A stretch of DNA of 64,000 nucleotides, from positions 96,001 through 160,000 of the forward strand of contig JANOEP010000010.1 of assembly GCA_031441465.1 (NCBI GenBank), read 5' to 3'. Positions 17,610 to 26,757 of the stretch are shown here, one piece after another (within the stretch, counting starts at the first letter, position 1; every line of letters starts with the position of its first letter). The DNA is from a bacterium. GTDB lineage: Bacteria; Krumholzibacteriota; Krumholzibacteriia; LZORAL124-64-63. Both the position numbers and the translations under genes were made by a program. Below the pieces are notes generated by a model. The model was not told where the DNA came from. It saw nothing but the letters and a program-made list of their open reading frames with translations, and made no database searches.

Positions 17610-18848
17610 TCAATCCGGCCAGCGCTTCAGGCACAGGGACACGTTGTGCCCCCCGAAGCCGAGCGAGGTCGACAGCGCCGCCCCGATCGGGCGCGTGACC
17701 GCCTCGTTGGGACAATAGTCCAGATCGCACTCGGGATCGGGGGTCCGGTAGTTGATCGTCGGCGGCAGCCGTCCGTCGCGCAGCGCCAGGGCGGTGAAGG
17801 CGGCCTCGACGCCGCCGGCGGCACCGAGCAGGTGGCCGGTCATGGACTTGGTCGAGGAGACCGCCAACTTGCGGGCGTGGTCGCCGAAGAGATCGCGGAT
17901 GGCCAGCGTCTCGATCTTGTCGTTGAAGGGCGTGCTGGTGCCATGCGCGTTGATGTAGCCGATGTCGGTCAGTTCCAGACCGGCGCCGGCCACCGCCAGG
18001 CGCATGGCGTTGCGGGCGCCCTTGCCCTCGTTGTCGGGCTGGGTCATGTGGAACGCGTCGGCGGTCATGCCGTAGCCGGCCACCTCGGCCAGGATCACGG
18101 CGCCCCGGGCGCGGGCCCGCTCGAGTTCCTCGAGCACGAGGATGCCGGCGCCCTCGCCCAGCACGAACCCGTCGCGCTCGGCGTCGAAGGGGCGGCTGGC
18201 GTGGGCCGGGTCGTCGTTGCGGGTCGACAGCGCCTTCATGGCGCTGAAGCCGGCCATGGCCATGGGACAGACGCTGGCCTCGCTGCCGCCGGTGATCATC
18301 AGGTCGGCGGTGCCGTTGGCGATGTGCTCGTACGCGAGGCCGATGGCGTGCCCGGCCGAGGCGCAGGCCGAGACCGTGGCGTAGTTGGGTCCGCGGAACC
18401 CGTGGGCGATCGACACGAGCCCCGAGGCCATGTCGGCGATCATCATCGGGATGAACATCGGCGACACGCGCGACGGGCCCTTGTCGAGCAGCTTGGCGTG
18501 CTGCTCTTCGAAGGTCTGGAAGCCGCCGATGCCCGAGCCGATCAGCACGCCCGCCCGTTCGGGATCGACGTCGCCGGGCGCGGACTGGGCCATCGCCTCG
18601 GCCGCGGCGCAGACCGCGAACTGGGAGTAGCGGTCGGCCTTGCGGGCGTCCTTGAGATCCATCGCGACGGTCGGGTCGAACCCCTTCACCTCGCCGGCGA
18701 TGGTCACGCGGAAGTCGGTGGTGTCGAACGACGTGATCGCGGCGATGCCGTTGGTCCCGGCCAGGATCGCGCGCCACGTCTCGTCGCGCGTCAACCCCAC
18801 GGAGGTGATCAGCCCGAGGCCCGTGATCGCTACCCTGCGGCGTTCCAT
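17610..18848 (-). CDS. fabF: 3-oxoacyl-ACP synthase II
   Basis: 'RRVAITGLG', catalytic Cys in 'SACASAGH', 'INAHGTST', 'KSMTGHLLGAAG', 'GFGGHN'. Confidence 0.97.
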   Translation of the reverse strand: MERRRVAITGLGLITSVGLTRDETWRAILAGTNGIAAITSFDTTDFRVTIAGEVKGFDPTVAMDLKDARKADRYSQFAVCAAAEAMAQSAPGDVDPERAGVLIGSGIGGFQTFEEQHAKLLDKGPSRVSPMFIPMMIADMASGLVSIAHGFRGPNYATVSACASAGHAIGLAYEHIANGTADLMITGGSEASVCPMAMAGFSAMKALSTRNDDPAHASRPFDAERDGFVLGEGAGILVLEELERARARGAVILAEVAGYGMTADAFHMTQPDNEGKGARNAMRLAVAGAGLELTDIGYINAHGTSTPFNDKIETLAIRDLFGDHARKLAVSSTKSMTGHLLGAAGGVEAAFTALALRDGRLPPTINYRTPDPECDLDYCPNEAVTRPIGAALSTSLGFGGHNVSLCLKRWPD

Positions 18849-18935
18849 GCCATCCTCCCTGCACATACGGATCGCCCCGGTCCAACACGGCGGGACCGCA
18901 GGACCGGGGACGGTTCGCTCACGGAAAGGGCGCGG

Positions 18936-19175
18936 CTACGCGTCCAGATGCGCTTCGAGGTAGTCGATCGCATCCTGCACGGTCCGCAGCTTCTCCTGGT
19001 CCTCTTCCGGAATCGTGATGTTGAAGACCTCTTCGAGGTCCATCACCAGCTCGACGGTGTCCAGGGAGTCGGCCCCCAGATCGTCGGTGAACGAAGCTTC
19101 GGGTGTGATCTGTTCCGGATTCACCGAAAGCTTGCGCTCGATGATCTCGTAGACCTTTTCCTGAATGGAGCTCAT
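18936..19175 (-). CDS. acpP: Acyl carrier protein
   Basis: 79 aa, acidic, phosphopantetheine site '[14 protein letters not shown]'. Confidence 0.98.
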   Translation of the reverse strand: MSSIQEKVYEIIERKLSVNPEQITPEASFTDDLGADSLDTVELVMDLEEVFNITIPEEDQEKLRTVQDAIDYLEAHLDA

Positions 19176-19202
19176 GTCAGCCGTTCCCTCCTTGGGAAGG
19201 TT

Positions 19203-19934
19203 TCACGTGACCATGCCGCCGTCGACCACGAGCGTCTGCCCGGTGACGTAGGCGGCGTCCTGCGACAACAGGTAGGCGACGGCGCCGGCGACGTCTTCGC
19301 CCTGGCCGAAGCGCTTCAGTGGGATGCTCCCGAGCATGCCGGCGCGCACCGCTTCGGGCAGGCCCGCCGTCATGTCCGTCTCGATGAAGCCGGGCGCCAC
19401 CGCGTTGCAGGTGATGGCGCGTCCGCCCAGCTCGCGGGCCACGGACTTGGTGAAGGCGATGACGGCCGCCTTGCTCGCGGCGTAGTTGGCCTGGCCCGCG
19501 TTGCCGGTCATGCCGATCACCGAGGTGATGTTGACGATCCGGCCGATTTTCTGGCGCATCATAAGCGGGGTCACGGCCTTTGTAAAGTAGAAGGTCCCCG
19601 TCAGGTTGACGTCGAGGACTTCGCGCCAGGCGGCCTCGGACATGCGCACGAGCAGCGCGTCGCGGGTGATGCCGGCGTTGTTGACCAGCCCGTAGACCGG
19701 CCCGAGTTCCTGCTGCACGCGGGCGACCGCCGCCTCCACCGCCGCGAGGCTCGCCACGTCGCCCGGCAGCACCAGGTGGCGGCCGGCGCCGGGCAGCGAG
19801 GCGGCGACCTCGGCCAGCGCATCGGCGTTGCGGGCCACCAGGGCCAGATCGAAGCCGTCCGCCGACAAGCGGCGGGCGATCGCCGCGCCGATGCCCCGGC
19901 TGGCGCCGGTGACGATCACGATTCGGTTGCTCAA
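19203..19934 (-). CDS. fabG: 3-oxoacyl-ACP reductase
   Basis: 'TGASRGIG', 'NNAGITRD', YxxxK 'NYAASK', 'PGFIETDMT'; fab cluster context. Confidence 0.96.
   Translation of the reverse strand: MSNRIVIVTGASRGIGAAIARRLSADGFDLALVARNADALAEVAASLPGAGRHLVLPGDVASLAAVEAAVARVQQELGPVYGLVNNAGITRDALLVRMSEAAWREVLDVNLTGTFYFTKAVTPLMMRQKIGRIVNITSVIGMTGNAGQANYAASKAAVIAFTKSVARELGGRAITCNAVAPGFIETDMTAGLPEAVRAGMLGSIPLKRFGQGEDVAGAVAYLLSQDAAYVTGQTLVVDGGMVT
19558..19586 (-). promoter_or_regulatory. Internal sigma70 promoter inside fabG, probably for acpP-fabF-rnc
   Basis: TTTACA (19586-19581), 17 bp, TATGAT (19563-19558), formed using A/T-ending codons (TTT, ACA, CTT) that are rare in this window. Confidence 0.65.
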
Positions 19935-19970
19935 GGGCCTTCCTTCCGCTGCCGACGGTGCGAGGCGGGA

Positions 19971-20933
19971 TTATGCCAACAGGCCACGGATGGTGTCCAG
20001 CGCGTTGTCCAGCTCCCCTGCCGTGCCCACCGCCAGGAACGTCACATCGGGATGCTCCCGCTTCGCCAGGTTGCTCAGGACCTTGCCGGGCCCGACCTCC
20101 AGCACGACGCGCGGCCGCTCCCCACCCGCGGCACCGCCCACCAGCGCCGCCAAGCTCTCGTGCCAGCGGACCGGCGAGACGAGCTGCCGAGCGAACCCGT
20201 CGCGCAGGGCCGCGGCGGTCGTCGACGGGGCGGCCGTCACGTTGGCCACCAGGGGCGCCGCGGGATCGGCCAGTTCGACGGCGGCGAGGTGGTCCACGAA
20301 GCTCGCCGCCGCGCCCGCCAGGAGCGGGGAATGGAAGGCGCCGCTGACGTTGAGCCGCAGCGCCCGCTTGGCGCCGGCGGCCTTGAGGGCCTCGCAGGCG
20401 GCTTCGACGGCGGCGATCTCGCCGGAGATGGCGACCTGGTTGGACGAGTTGTGGTTGGCGACCACGACCACGCCGGCGCTGCTGGCGACCTCGGCGCAGA
20501 CCCGTCTCACCGCATCGGCGTCGAGCCCCATGACGGCCGCCATCGTCCCGGGCCGTTCCTGCCCGGCGGCGAACATCAGCTCGCCGCGGCGGCGCACCAG
20601 CTGCAAGCCGTCGCGCGGCGACAGCGCGCCGACCGCCACCGCCGCCGAGAACTCGCCGAGCGAGTGGCCGGCGACGATGCTCGGCGTGATCCCCAGTTCC
20701 CGGAGCTCCAGCACCACCGCCACCGAATGGGCGAGGATGGCGGGCTGCGCGTTCCAGGTCTCGGTCAGCGTGGCCTCGGGCCCCTCGAACATCACGCGCG
20801 TGAGGTCGAAGCCCAGCGTCCCGTCGACGGTCGCCAGGAAAGCGGCGCCGGGGCCACCCCGTTCGGCGAGGTCGCGGGCCATGCCGACGGTCTGGGAGGC
20901 CTGCCCCGGGAACAACATGGGGACCTTGAACAT
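19971..20933 (-). CDS. fabD: Malonyl-CoA:ACP transacylase
   Basis: 'FPGQASQ', 'AQPAI', catalytic 'GHSLGE', 'VSGAFHS', 'SPVRW'. Confidence 0.96.
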   Translation of the reverse strand: MFKVPMLFPGQASQTVGMARDLAERGGPGAAFLATVDGTLGFDLTRVMFEGPEATLTETWNAQPAILAHSVAVVLELRELGITPSIVAGHSLGEFSAAVAVGALSPRDGLQLVRRRGELMFAAGQERPGTMAAVMGLDADAVRRVCAEVASSAGVVVVANHNSSNQVAISGEIAAVEAACEALKAAGAKRALRLNVSGAFHSPLLAGAAASFVDHLAAVELADPAAPLVANVTAAPSTTAAALRDGFARQLVSPVRWHESLAALVGGAAGGERPRVVLEVGPGKVLSNLAKREHPDVTFLAVGTAGELDNALDTIRGLLA

Positions 20934-20957
20934 CGCGGTGCCTTTCTGGGGGTCGGG

Positions 20958-21959
20958 TCAGGCGCGCGCGGCCAGGCGCTCCTGCAGCAGCGCCGGCAGG
21001 TCGAGTCGGGCCATGCGACCTGCGGCCAACACCGCGCTCTGGATCGCGCGCTCGGGGCTGGCACCGTGACAGATGATGGAGGAGCCGCGCACCCCCAGCA
21101 GCAGGGCGCCGCCGGTGGACGTGTAGTCGAGCCGGTGCAGCAGGTCACGCAGGCCCTCCCCCGCGCCGGTGGCGCCGCCGGCGAGGAACTGCCGGGCCGC
21201 CGTCTGCAGGAAGCCGCCGAAGCCCTCGATGAGCTTCAACACCATGTTGCCGGTGAAACCGTCGGTGACCACGACGTCGGCCGCGCCGTCCAGGAGGTGG
21301 CGGCTCTCGACGTTGCCGACGAAGTTCAGCGGGGCGGCGCGAAGCAGGGCGTGGGCCTGGATGCAGAGTTCGGTGCCCTTGGTCGGCTCTTCGCCGATGT
21401 TCAGCAGGCCGACGCGCGGCACGGCGACGTCCAGCAAACGGCGCGCGAACTCGTCGCCCAGGAGCGCGAAGACCAGCAGGTGCTCGGAGGTGCACTGCAC
21501 GTTGGCGCCGACGTCCAGCAGCAGGAAGCGGCCGTTCAGGGTGGGGATCCCCGTCGCGATCGCGGGTCGGTCGACGCCCTCGAGGCGTCCGAGGATCATC
21601 AGGCTGGCGGCGACCTGGGCACCGGTGCTGCCGGCGCTGACCACCGCCTGCACGCGGCCATCGCGGTGGTCCCGGGTGGCCCGGACGATCGGGGCGTCGG
21701 GGCGGCCCTTGACCGCCGCGGCGGGCGATTCGCCCATCTCGATCCGGTCCCGGCACGCCACGACCTCGACGGGCAGATCGCGCGCGCCGAGGTCGTCGAG
21801 CTGGGTGTTCAGGATCTCGGGGTCGCCGTAGAGCGCCAGGGCCAAGCCGGAATCGGCACGCGCGGCCGACACGGCGCCGGGGACGACCGCGGTCGGTCCG
21901 AAGTCCCCGCCCATGGCGTCCACGGCCACGACCACCCTGCGCGTCGCGTTGCCGTCCAT
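20958..21959 (-). CDS. plsX: Phosphate acyltransferase PlsX
   Basis: 'AVDAMGGDFGP', 'VSAGSTGA', 'RPAI', 'LLNIGEEPTKG', 'DGFTGN'. Confidence 0.96.
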   Translation of the reverse strand: MDGNATRRVVVAVDAMGGDFGPTAVVPGAVSAARADSGLALALYGDPEILNTQLDDLGARDLPVEVVACRDRIEMGESPAAAVKGRPDAPIVRATRDHRDGRVQAVVSAGSTGAQVAASLMILGRLEGVDRPAIATGIPTLNGRFLLLDVGANVQCTSEHLLVFALLGDEFARRLLDVAVPRVGLLNIGEEPTKGTELCIQAHALLRAAPLNFVGNVESRHLLDGAADVVVTDGFTGNMVLKLIEGFGGFLQTAARQFLAGGATGAGEGLRDLLHRLDYTSTGGALLLGVRGSSIICHGASPERAIQSAVLAAGRMARLDLPALLQERLAARA

Positions 21960-21990
21960 GCCCGACCTCCTTGCCGGTTCGCGCCGCCCG

Positions 21991-22173
21991 CTAGCTCTTC
22001 TCCACCACCATCACTTCGCGGGCGCCGTAGTGGCCGCACGCGCGGCAGACGCGGTGGGGGCGGCAGGGCGCCCCGCAGTGCGAGCACTTCGACGCGCTCG
22101 GGGTGGCCAGGTGCCAGTGCGCGCGACGGGTGCCCTTGCGCATGTGGCTCGTCTTTTTCTTGGGAACAGCCAT
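21991..22173 (-). CDS. rpmF: 50S ribosomal protein L32 (zinc-binding C+ form)
   Basis: 'MAVPKKKTS', CSHC...CRAC zinc ribbon. Confidence 0.97.
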   Translation of the reverse strand: MAVPKKKTSHMRKGTRRAHWHLATPSASKCSHCGAPCRPHRVCRACGHYGAREVMVVEKS

Positions 22174-22195
22174 CTCGATGCCTCGTTTCCTGTGT

Positions 22196-22684
22196 TCAGG
22201 AGTCCAGCCCGTCCCAACGGGGATCGGTGGGCTCCCGGGGGCAGACGCAGTCCTTCTGGTTTCGGTCGGCCCCGCAGGTGGGGCAGTACCCCAGGCAATC
22301 CTCGCGGCAGACCCGCTTGAACGGCAGGTCCAGCAGCGCGGCTTCGCGCAGGGGACCGTCCAGATCGACCTCGCCGCGCGCCTGGTGCAGGGTCCAGGTG
22401 TCGGGCTGGTCTTCGTCGGGAGTCCCCGCCTTGGTCCGCACGATCTGGATGTCGACCCCCGCCTCGTAGACCAGCCCGAAGGCCTCCAGGCAGCGGTCGC
22501 AAACCGACTGGCAGGACACAGCTAGGGCGCCGGTGACCAGGATCCGGCTGTCGACGTTGTCCACCGCCAGTTCGCCGCGGACGGACAGACCGCCACCTCC
22601 CTCCTCCTCGTCCTCGACGAGGAAGGTCGCCTCCACCTCCAGGGTGGAGCGGCCGAAGGGCAGGTTGTCCAGATTCAGCTTCAT
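22196..22684 (-). CDS. yceD: DUF177/YceD family metal-binding protein
   Basis: 'CDRCL', 'CREDCLGYCPTCG', 'DPRW'; canonical position upstream of rpmF. Confidence 0.92.
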   Translation of the reverse strand: MKLNLDNLPFGRSTLEVEATFLVEDEEEGGGGLSVRGELAVDNVDSRILVTGALAVSCQSVCDRCLEAFGLVYEAGVDIQIVRTKAGTPDEDQPDTWTLHQARGEVDLDGPLREAALLDLPFKRVCREDCLGYCPTCGADRNQKDCVCPREPTDPRWDGLDS

Positions 22685-22745
22685 TCCGGGCGCACGGCCT
22701 GGTCCCGTCCGGGCCCGTCCCGTCCCGGCGCCGTGCAAGCGCACC

Positions 22746-22774
22746 ACGTTACGAGCGCGACCGTCGTCTGTCAA
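22746..22774 (-). promoter_or_regulatory. Sigma70 promoter for the yceD-rpmF-plsX-fab operon
   Basis: TTGACA (22774-22769), 17 bp, TAACGT (22751-22746). The -35 contains the ndk TGA stop. Confidence 0.7.
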
Positions 22775-23205
22775 GACGCGCGGTCCCGGCCCAGGCCCAC
22801 ACCGAAGACGAGGCCGATCTCGCGCAGGGCGTTCTCGGGCGAATCCGAGGCGTGGACGGCGTTCTGGGACAAGGACGTCCCGAACAGGTCGCGCAGGGTG
22901 CCGCAGGCGGCGTCGCGCGGGTTGGTCGCCCCGACCAGTTCCCGCAGTTTGACCACGGCCTGGTCGCGCTCGAGGTGGATCGCCACCACCGGACCGGAGG
23001 CGATGTAGTCCACCAGCTCGGGAAAGAACGGCCGCTCGCGGTGGACCGCGTAGAATTCCTCGACCGTGTCGCGGCTCAGGCTGGTGAGCTTCAGGTTGCG
23101 GATGCGGAAGCCCGCCCGCTGCACGAAGGCCAGGATCGCGCCGATCCGCTGGGTCTCGGCGGCGACGATCTCCGGCTTGATCATCATGTAGGTCTGTTCC
23201 AGCAT
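22771..23205 (-). CDS. ndk: Nucleoside diphosphate kinase
   Basis: 'IKPE', 'FYAVHRERPFF', 'SGPVV', 'GATNP', 'GTLR', catalytic His 'NAVHASDS'. Confidence 0.96.
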   Translation of the reverse strand: MLEQTYMMIKPEIVAAETQRIGAILAFVQRAGFRIRNLKLTSLSRDTVEEFYAVHRERPFFPELVDYIASGPVVAIHLERDQAVVKLRELVGATNPRDAACGTLRDLFGTSLSQNAVHASDSPENALREIGLVFGVGLGRDRAS

Positions 23206-23226
23206 GTCGTCCTTTCGGGGTCCGAA

Positions 23227-24105
23227 TCAACGCTTCCAGATCTGCTGCAGCAGCGGCACCACGTCCGCGGGGCGGTCGGCGACCGGGATGCCGGCCGACT
23301 CGAGGGCCTTCTTCTTCTCGGCCGCCGTGCCGGCGCCGCCGGACACGATCGCGCCGGCGTGGCCCATCCGCTTGCCGGGGGGCGCGGTGCGGCCGGCGAT
23401 GAACGAGACGACGGGGATCTTCATGTTCGCCTTCACGAAGTCGGCGGCCCGCTCCTCCGCATCGCCGCCGATCTCGCCGATCATGACCAGGGCCTGCGTC
23501 TCGGGATCGGCGTGGAACGCCTGCAGGGCGTCCATGAAGTTGGTGCCGATGACCGGATCGCCGCCGATGCCCAGGCACGTCGTCTGGCCTAGGCCCGCGC
23601 GGGTCAGGGCGTCGACGACCTCGTAGGTCAGCGTCCCGCTGCGGGAGATCAGGCCGACCGGTCCGGGGGCGACGATGTTGGTGGGCATGATGCCCAGTTT
23701 TGCCTGCTGCCCGGGATTGATGAAGCCGGGGCAGTTCGGCCCGATCAGGCGCACGCCGCGCTCGGCCAGGTAGGGCATGACCTTGACCATGTCCAGGGTC
23801 GGCACGCCTTCGGTGATGCAGACCACCAGCTTGCAGCCGGCGTCGGCCGCCTCGAACACGGCGCCGGCGGCGCCGGCCGGCGGCACGAAGATGACCGAGG
23901 CCTCGGCTCCCGTGGCGGCGACCGCGTCCTTGACCGTGTCGAAGACCGGCACCTTCCCCTCGAAGGTCTGGCCGCCGCGGCCCGGCGTCACGCCCGCCAC
24001 GATGTTGGTGCCGTAGCCGAGCATGGACTTCGCGTGGAAGCTCCCGTCGCGGCCGGTGATGCCCTGGATCAGGATCTTCGTCTCGCGCGTGCAGAAAATC
24101 GCCAT
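23227..24105 (-). CDS. sucD: Succinyl-CoA ligase alpha subunit
   Basis: 'QGITG', 'GPNCPG', 'SRSGTLTYE', phospho-His 'MGHAGA'. Confidence 0.97.
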   Translation of the reverse strand: MAIFCTRETKILIQGITGRDGSFHAKSMLGYGTNIVAGVTPGRGGQTFEGKVPVFDTVKDAVAATGAEASVIFVPPAGAAGAVFEAADAGCKLVVCITEGVPTLDMVKVMPYLAERGVRLIGPNCPGFINPGQQAKLGIMPTNIVAPGPVGLISRSGTLTYEVVDALTRAGLGQTTCLGIGGDPVIGTNFMDALQAFHADPETQALVMIGEIGGDAEERAADFVKANMKIPVVSFIAGRTAPPGKRMGHAGAIVSGGAGTAAEKKKALESAGIPVADRPADVVPLLQQIWKR

Positions 24106-24147
24106 GGTTCGCTCCTGTTCGTAACGCCGACCGCGGGTCGGTTTGTC

Positions 24148-25281
24148 CTACTTGCCGGCGAGTTCGAGGGCCTTCTGCACGGCTTCGTCCATGGTGGCGG
24201 CCGGGACCAAGTCGGTCTTCTTCAGCAGTTCGCGGGCCTCCGCCTCGTTCGTTCCGGTCAGGCGCACCACGATGGGCACGCCGATGGTCATGCGTTCGGT
24301 GGCGGCGATGATCCCGCGGGCGACGTCGTCGCAGCGCGTGATGCCGCCGAAGATGTTGAACAGGATCACCTCGACGTTCGGGTCGCCCAGGATGATGCGC
24401 AGCGCGTTGACGACCTTGTCCGGGTTGGAACTGCCGCCGATGTCCAGGAAGTTGGCGGGGCGACCGCCGTAGTACTGCACCAGGTCCATCGTCGCCATCG
24501 CCAGGCCGGCGCCGTTGACCAGGCAGCCCACGTTGCCGTCGAGCTTCACGAAGGAGAGGTCGGCTTCGCGGGCCAGCCGCTCGCTGGGGTTCTCCTCGTC
24601 CAGGTCTCGCAGCGCGGCGAAGTCCGGGTGACGGAACAGGGCGTTGTCGTCCAGGTTGATCTTGGCGTCGATCGCCTTGCCCGCGCCCTGGTCGGTGAAG
24701 ATGAAGGGGTTGATCTCGGCCAGGCTGGCGTCGGCGGCCAGGAAGGCCTTGTAGAGCTTCTGCATGGCGTCGGCGAGCTGGCGCGCGCGCTTCACGTCCG
24801 GGTCGAGGCGCAGGGCGACGGCCATCGCCTCGTGGTCGAGCAGGCCGAAGCGCGGGTCGATGGCGTGCTTGAGGATGGCCTCGGGCTTCTCGACGGCCAC
24901 CTTCTCGATCTCGACGCCGCCCTCGGCGCTGGCCATCAGCAGGACGCGCCGGCTGGCGCGGTCCACGAGCATCCCCAGGTAGAACTCCGCCGCGATGGTC
25001 TCGGCCGGGGTCACCAGCACCTTGCGCACCGTGTGACCCTTGATGTCCATGCCCAGGATGTTGCCCGCGTGCGTGCGGACGTCGTCCTCGGTCTTGCAGA
25101 ACTTGACCCCGCCCGCCTTGCCGCGGCCGCCGGCCAGGACCTGGGCCTTGACCATCACGGGCAGCCCGTGCTGGCGTGCGAGCGCCAGGGCCGCCTCGAC
25201 GGTCGTGGCGACTCCGCCCGGCGGCACCGGCAGACCCGCGGCGCGGAAGATGTCCTTCGCCTGATACTCGTGGATGTTCAC
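24148..25281 (-). CDS. sucC: Succinyl-CoA ligase beta subunit
   Basis: GTG after GGAGG. 'NIHEYQAK', 'GGRGKAGG', '[11 protein letters not shown]', 'NFLDIGG', '[10 protein letters not shown]'. Confidence 0.97.
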   Translation of the reverse strand: MNIHEYQAKDIFRAAGLPVPPGGVATTVEAALALARQHGLPVMVKAQVLAGGRGKAGGVKFCKTEDDVRTHAGNILGMDIKGHTVRKVLVTPAETIAAEFYLGMLVDRASRRVLLMASAEGGVEIEKVAVEKPEAILKHAIDPRFGLLDHEAMAVALRLDPDVKRARQLADAMQKLYKAFLAADASLAEINPFIFTDQGAGKAIDAKINLDDNALFRHPDFAALRDLDEENPSERLAREADLSFVKLDGNVGCLVNGAGLAMATMDLVQYYGGRPANFLDIGGSSNPDKVVNALRIILGDPNVEVILFNIFGGITRCDDVARGIIAATERMTIGVPIVVRLTGTNEAEARELLKKTDLVPAATMDEAVQKALELAGK

Positions 25282-25324
25282 TGATCGACCTCCGGCTGTG
25301 AAACGGGAACAGCGTGCGGGACGC

Positions 25325-25354
25325 AAAACGGGGGAGGACGCCGGCCCTCCCCCG
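25325..25354 (-). terminator. Intrinsic terminator after the COG2403 gene
   Basis: 9-bp stem CGGGGGAGG/CCTCCCCCG (25329-25354) followed on the minus strand by TTTTG. Confidence 0.6.
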
Positions 25355-25362
25355 CCGCCGCG

Positions 25363-26679
25363 TTACGCGGTGAACTTGCGCAGGACGTCGGTCAGGTCGG
25401 GCTTGCCGATTTCCTGCAAATCATAGCCGACGCGAACCGTCGGCTTGCGGATCTTCACGATGCGGTTCAGGTCGATGGGCGTGCCGATGACCACCGCGTC
25501 ACACTCCACCGCGTTGATCGTCGCCTCGAGGTCGCGGACCTGCTCCTCGCCGTAGCCCATGGCCGGCAGCAGGGCGCCGATCTCGGGATAGATCGCGAAG
25601 GTCTCGGCGAGCCTGCCCTTCACCCAGGGGCGCGGGTCCACGAGGTCGGCCGCGCCGGCGCGCATGGCCGCGATCACGCCCGCGCCGTAGGTCATGCCGC
25701 CGTGGGTCAGGGTCGGCCCGTCCTCGACCACCAGCACGCGCTTGTCGCGGATCAGCTCCGGGTGGTCGATCGTCAGCGGCGACGCCGCCTCGATGATCAG
25801 GCAATCCGGATTGATGCTGCGGACGTTCTGGCGCACGGTCTCGATGTTCTCGAATTCCGCCTCGACGACCTTGTTGATGATCACGACGTCGGCCAGTCGG
25901 ACGTTGGTCTCGCCCGGGTAGTACGACAGCTCGTGGCCGGGGCGGTGCGGGTCGGCGACCACCACCAGCAGGTCGGGCTTGTAGAAGGGCGTGTCGTTGT
26001 TGCCGCCGTCCCAGAGGATGACGTCCGCCTCCTTCTCGGCCGCGCGCAGGATCTTCTCGTAGTCCACGCCGGCGTAGATCACGCTGCCGCGCGCGACGTG
26101 GGGCTCGTACTCCTCCATCTCCTCGATGGTGCAGTCGTGCTTCTTGAGGTCCTCCACGGTCGCGAAGCGCTGGACGGCCTGCTTCTCGAGGTCGCCGTAG
26201 GGCATCGGGTGGCGCACCGCGACGACCTTCTTGCCGGCGGCCTCCAGGATCTCGGCGATCCGGCGCGTGGTCTGGCTCTTGCCGCAACCGGTCCGCACCG
26301 CGCAGATGGCGATCACGGGCTTGGTGCTCTTGAGCTGCGTGAGGCGCTCGCCGAGGAGCTTGAAATCGGCGCCGCAGGCGTTCACCAGCGCCGCCTTGTG
26401 CATGACGTCCTCGTGGGCCACGTCGCTGTAGGAGAACACGCAGCACTCGACGCCGTGCTCGGCGATCAGGTCCGGCAGCTCCTCCTCGGCGTGGATGGGG
26501 ATGCCCTTCGGGTAGAGGCGGCCCGCCAGCGCGGCGGGGTAGCGGCGCCCGTCGATGTCCGGGATCTGGGCGGCGGTGAACGCCACCACCTCGTATTTCT
26601 CGTCGTCGCGGAAGACGCAGTTGAAGTTGTGGAAGTCGCGTCCGGCGGCGCCGATGATGACGATCTTCTCCCTGCTCAT
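25363..26679 (-). CDS. COG2403 P-loop NTPase (usually annotated cyclic 2,3-diphosphoglycerate synthase-like/GTPase); probable arginine synthetase (ArcE) homologue
   Basis: Family signatures 'GAAGRDFHNFN', 'QIPDIDGRRYP', P-loop 'AVRTGCGKS', 'RHPMPYG', 'WDGGNND', 'EDGPTLTHGGM'. Family recognised from memory; the function is inferred. Confidence 0.8.
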   Translation of the reverse strand: MSREKIVIIGAAGRDFHNFNCVFRDDEKYEVVAFTAAQIPDIDGRRYPAALAGRLYPKGIPIHAEEELPDLIAEHGVECCVFSYSDVAHEDVMHKAALVNACGADFKLLGERLTQLKSTKPVIAICAVRTGCGKSQTTRRIAEILEAAGKKVVAVRHPMPYGDLEKQAVQRFATVEDLKKHDCTIEEMEEYEPHVARGSVIYAGVDYEKILRAAEKEADVILWDGGNNDTPFYKPDLLVVVADPHRPGHELSYYPGETNVRLADVVIINKVVEAEFENIETVRQNVRSINPDCLIIEAASPLTIDHPELIRDKRVLVVEDGPTLTHGGMTYGAGVIAAMRAGAADLVDPRPWVKGRLAETFAIYPEIGALLPAMGYGEEQVRDLEATINAVECDAVVIGTPIDLNRIVKIRKPTVRVGYDLQEIGKPDLTDVLRKFTA

Positions 26680-26757
26680 GTCAGCCTCTTTATGTAAACG
26701 TGTGCGCGTGCCACGAAACTTCCCCTGCCGCTGCGCAAGGCGGCGGCCGTTTCCGGC

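Noticed and set aside
19199..19214. parS-like GGTTTCACGTGACCAT at the fabG stop
   Set aside because: Only 11/16 match to TGTTTCACGTGAAACA; the right arm is broken and there is no parB in the window.
15022..22469. Very long plus-strand ORFs (898 aa, 1607 aa) and similar ones at 47051-50611 and 51090-54764
   Set aside because: Shadow ORFs antisense to well-supported genes. They are expected in high-GC DNA and have no recognisable motifs.
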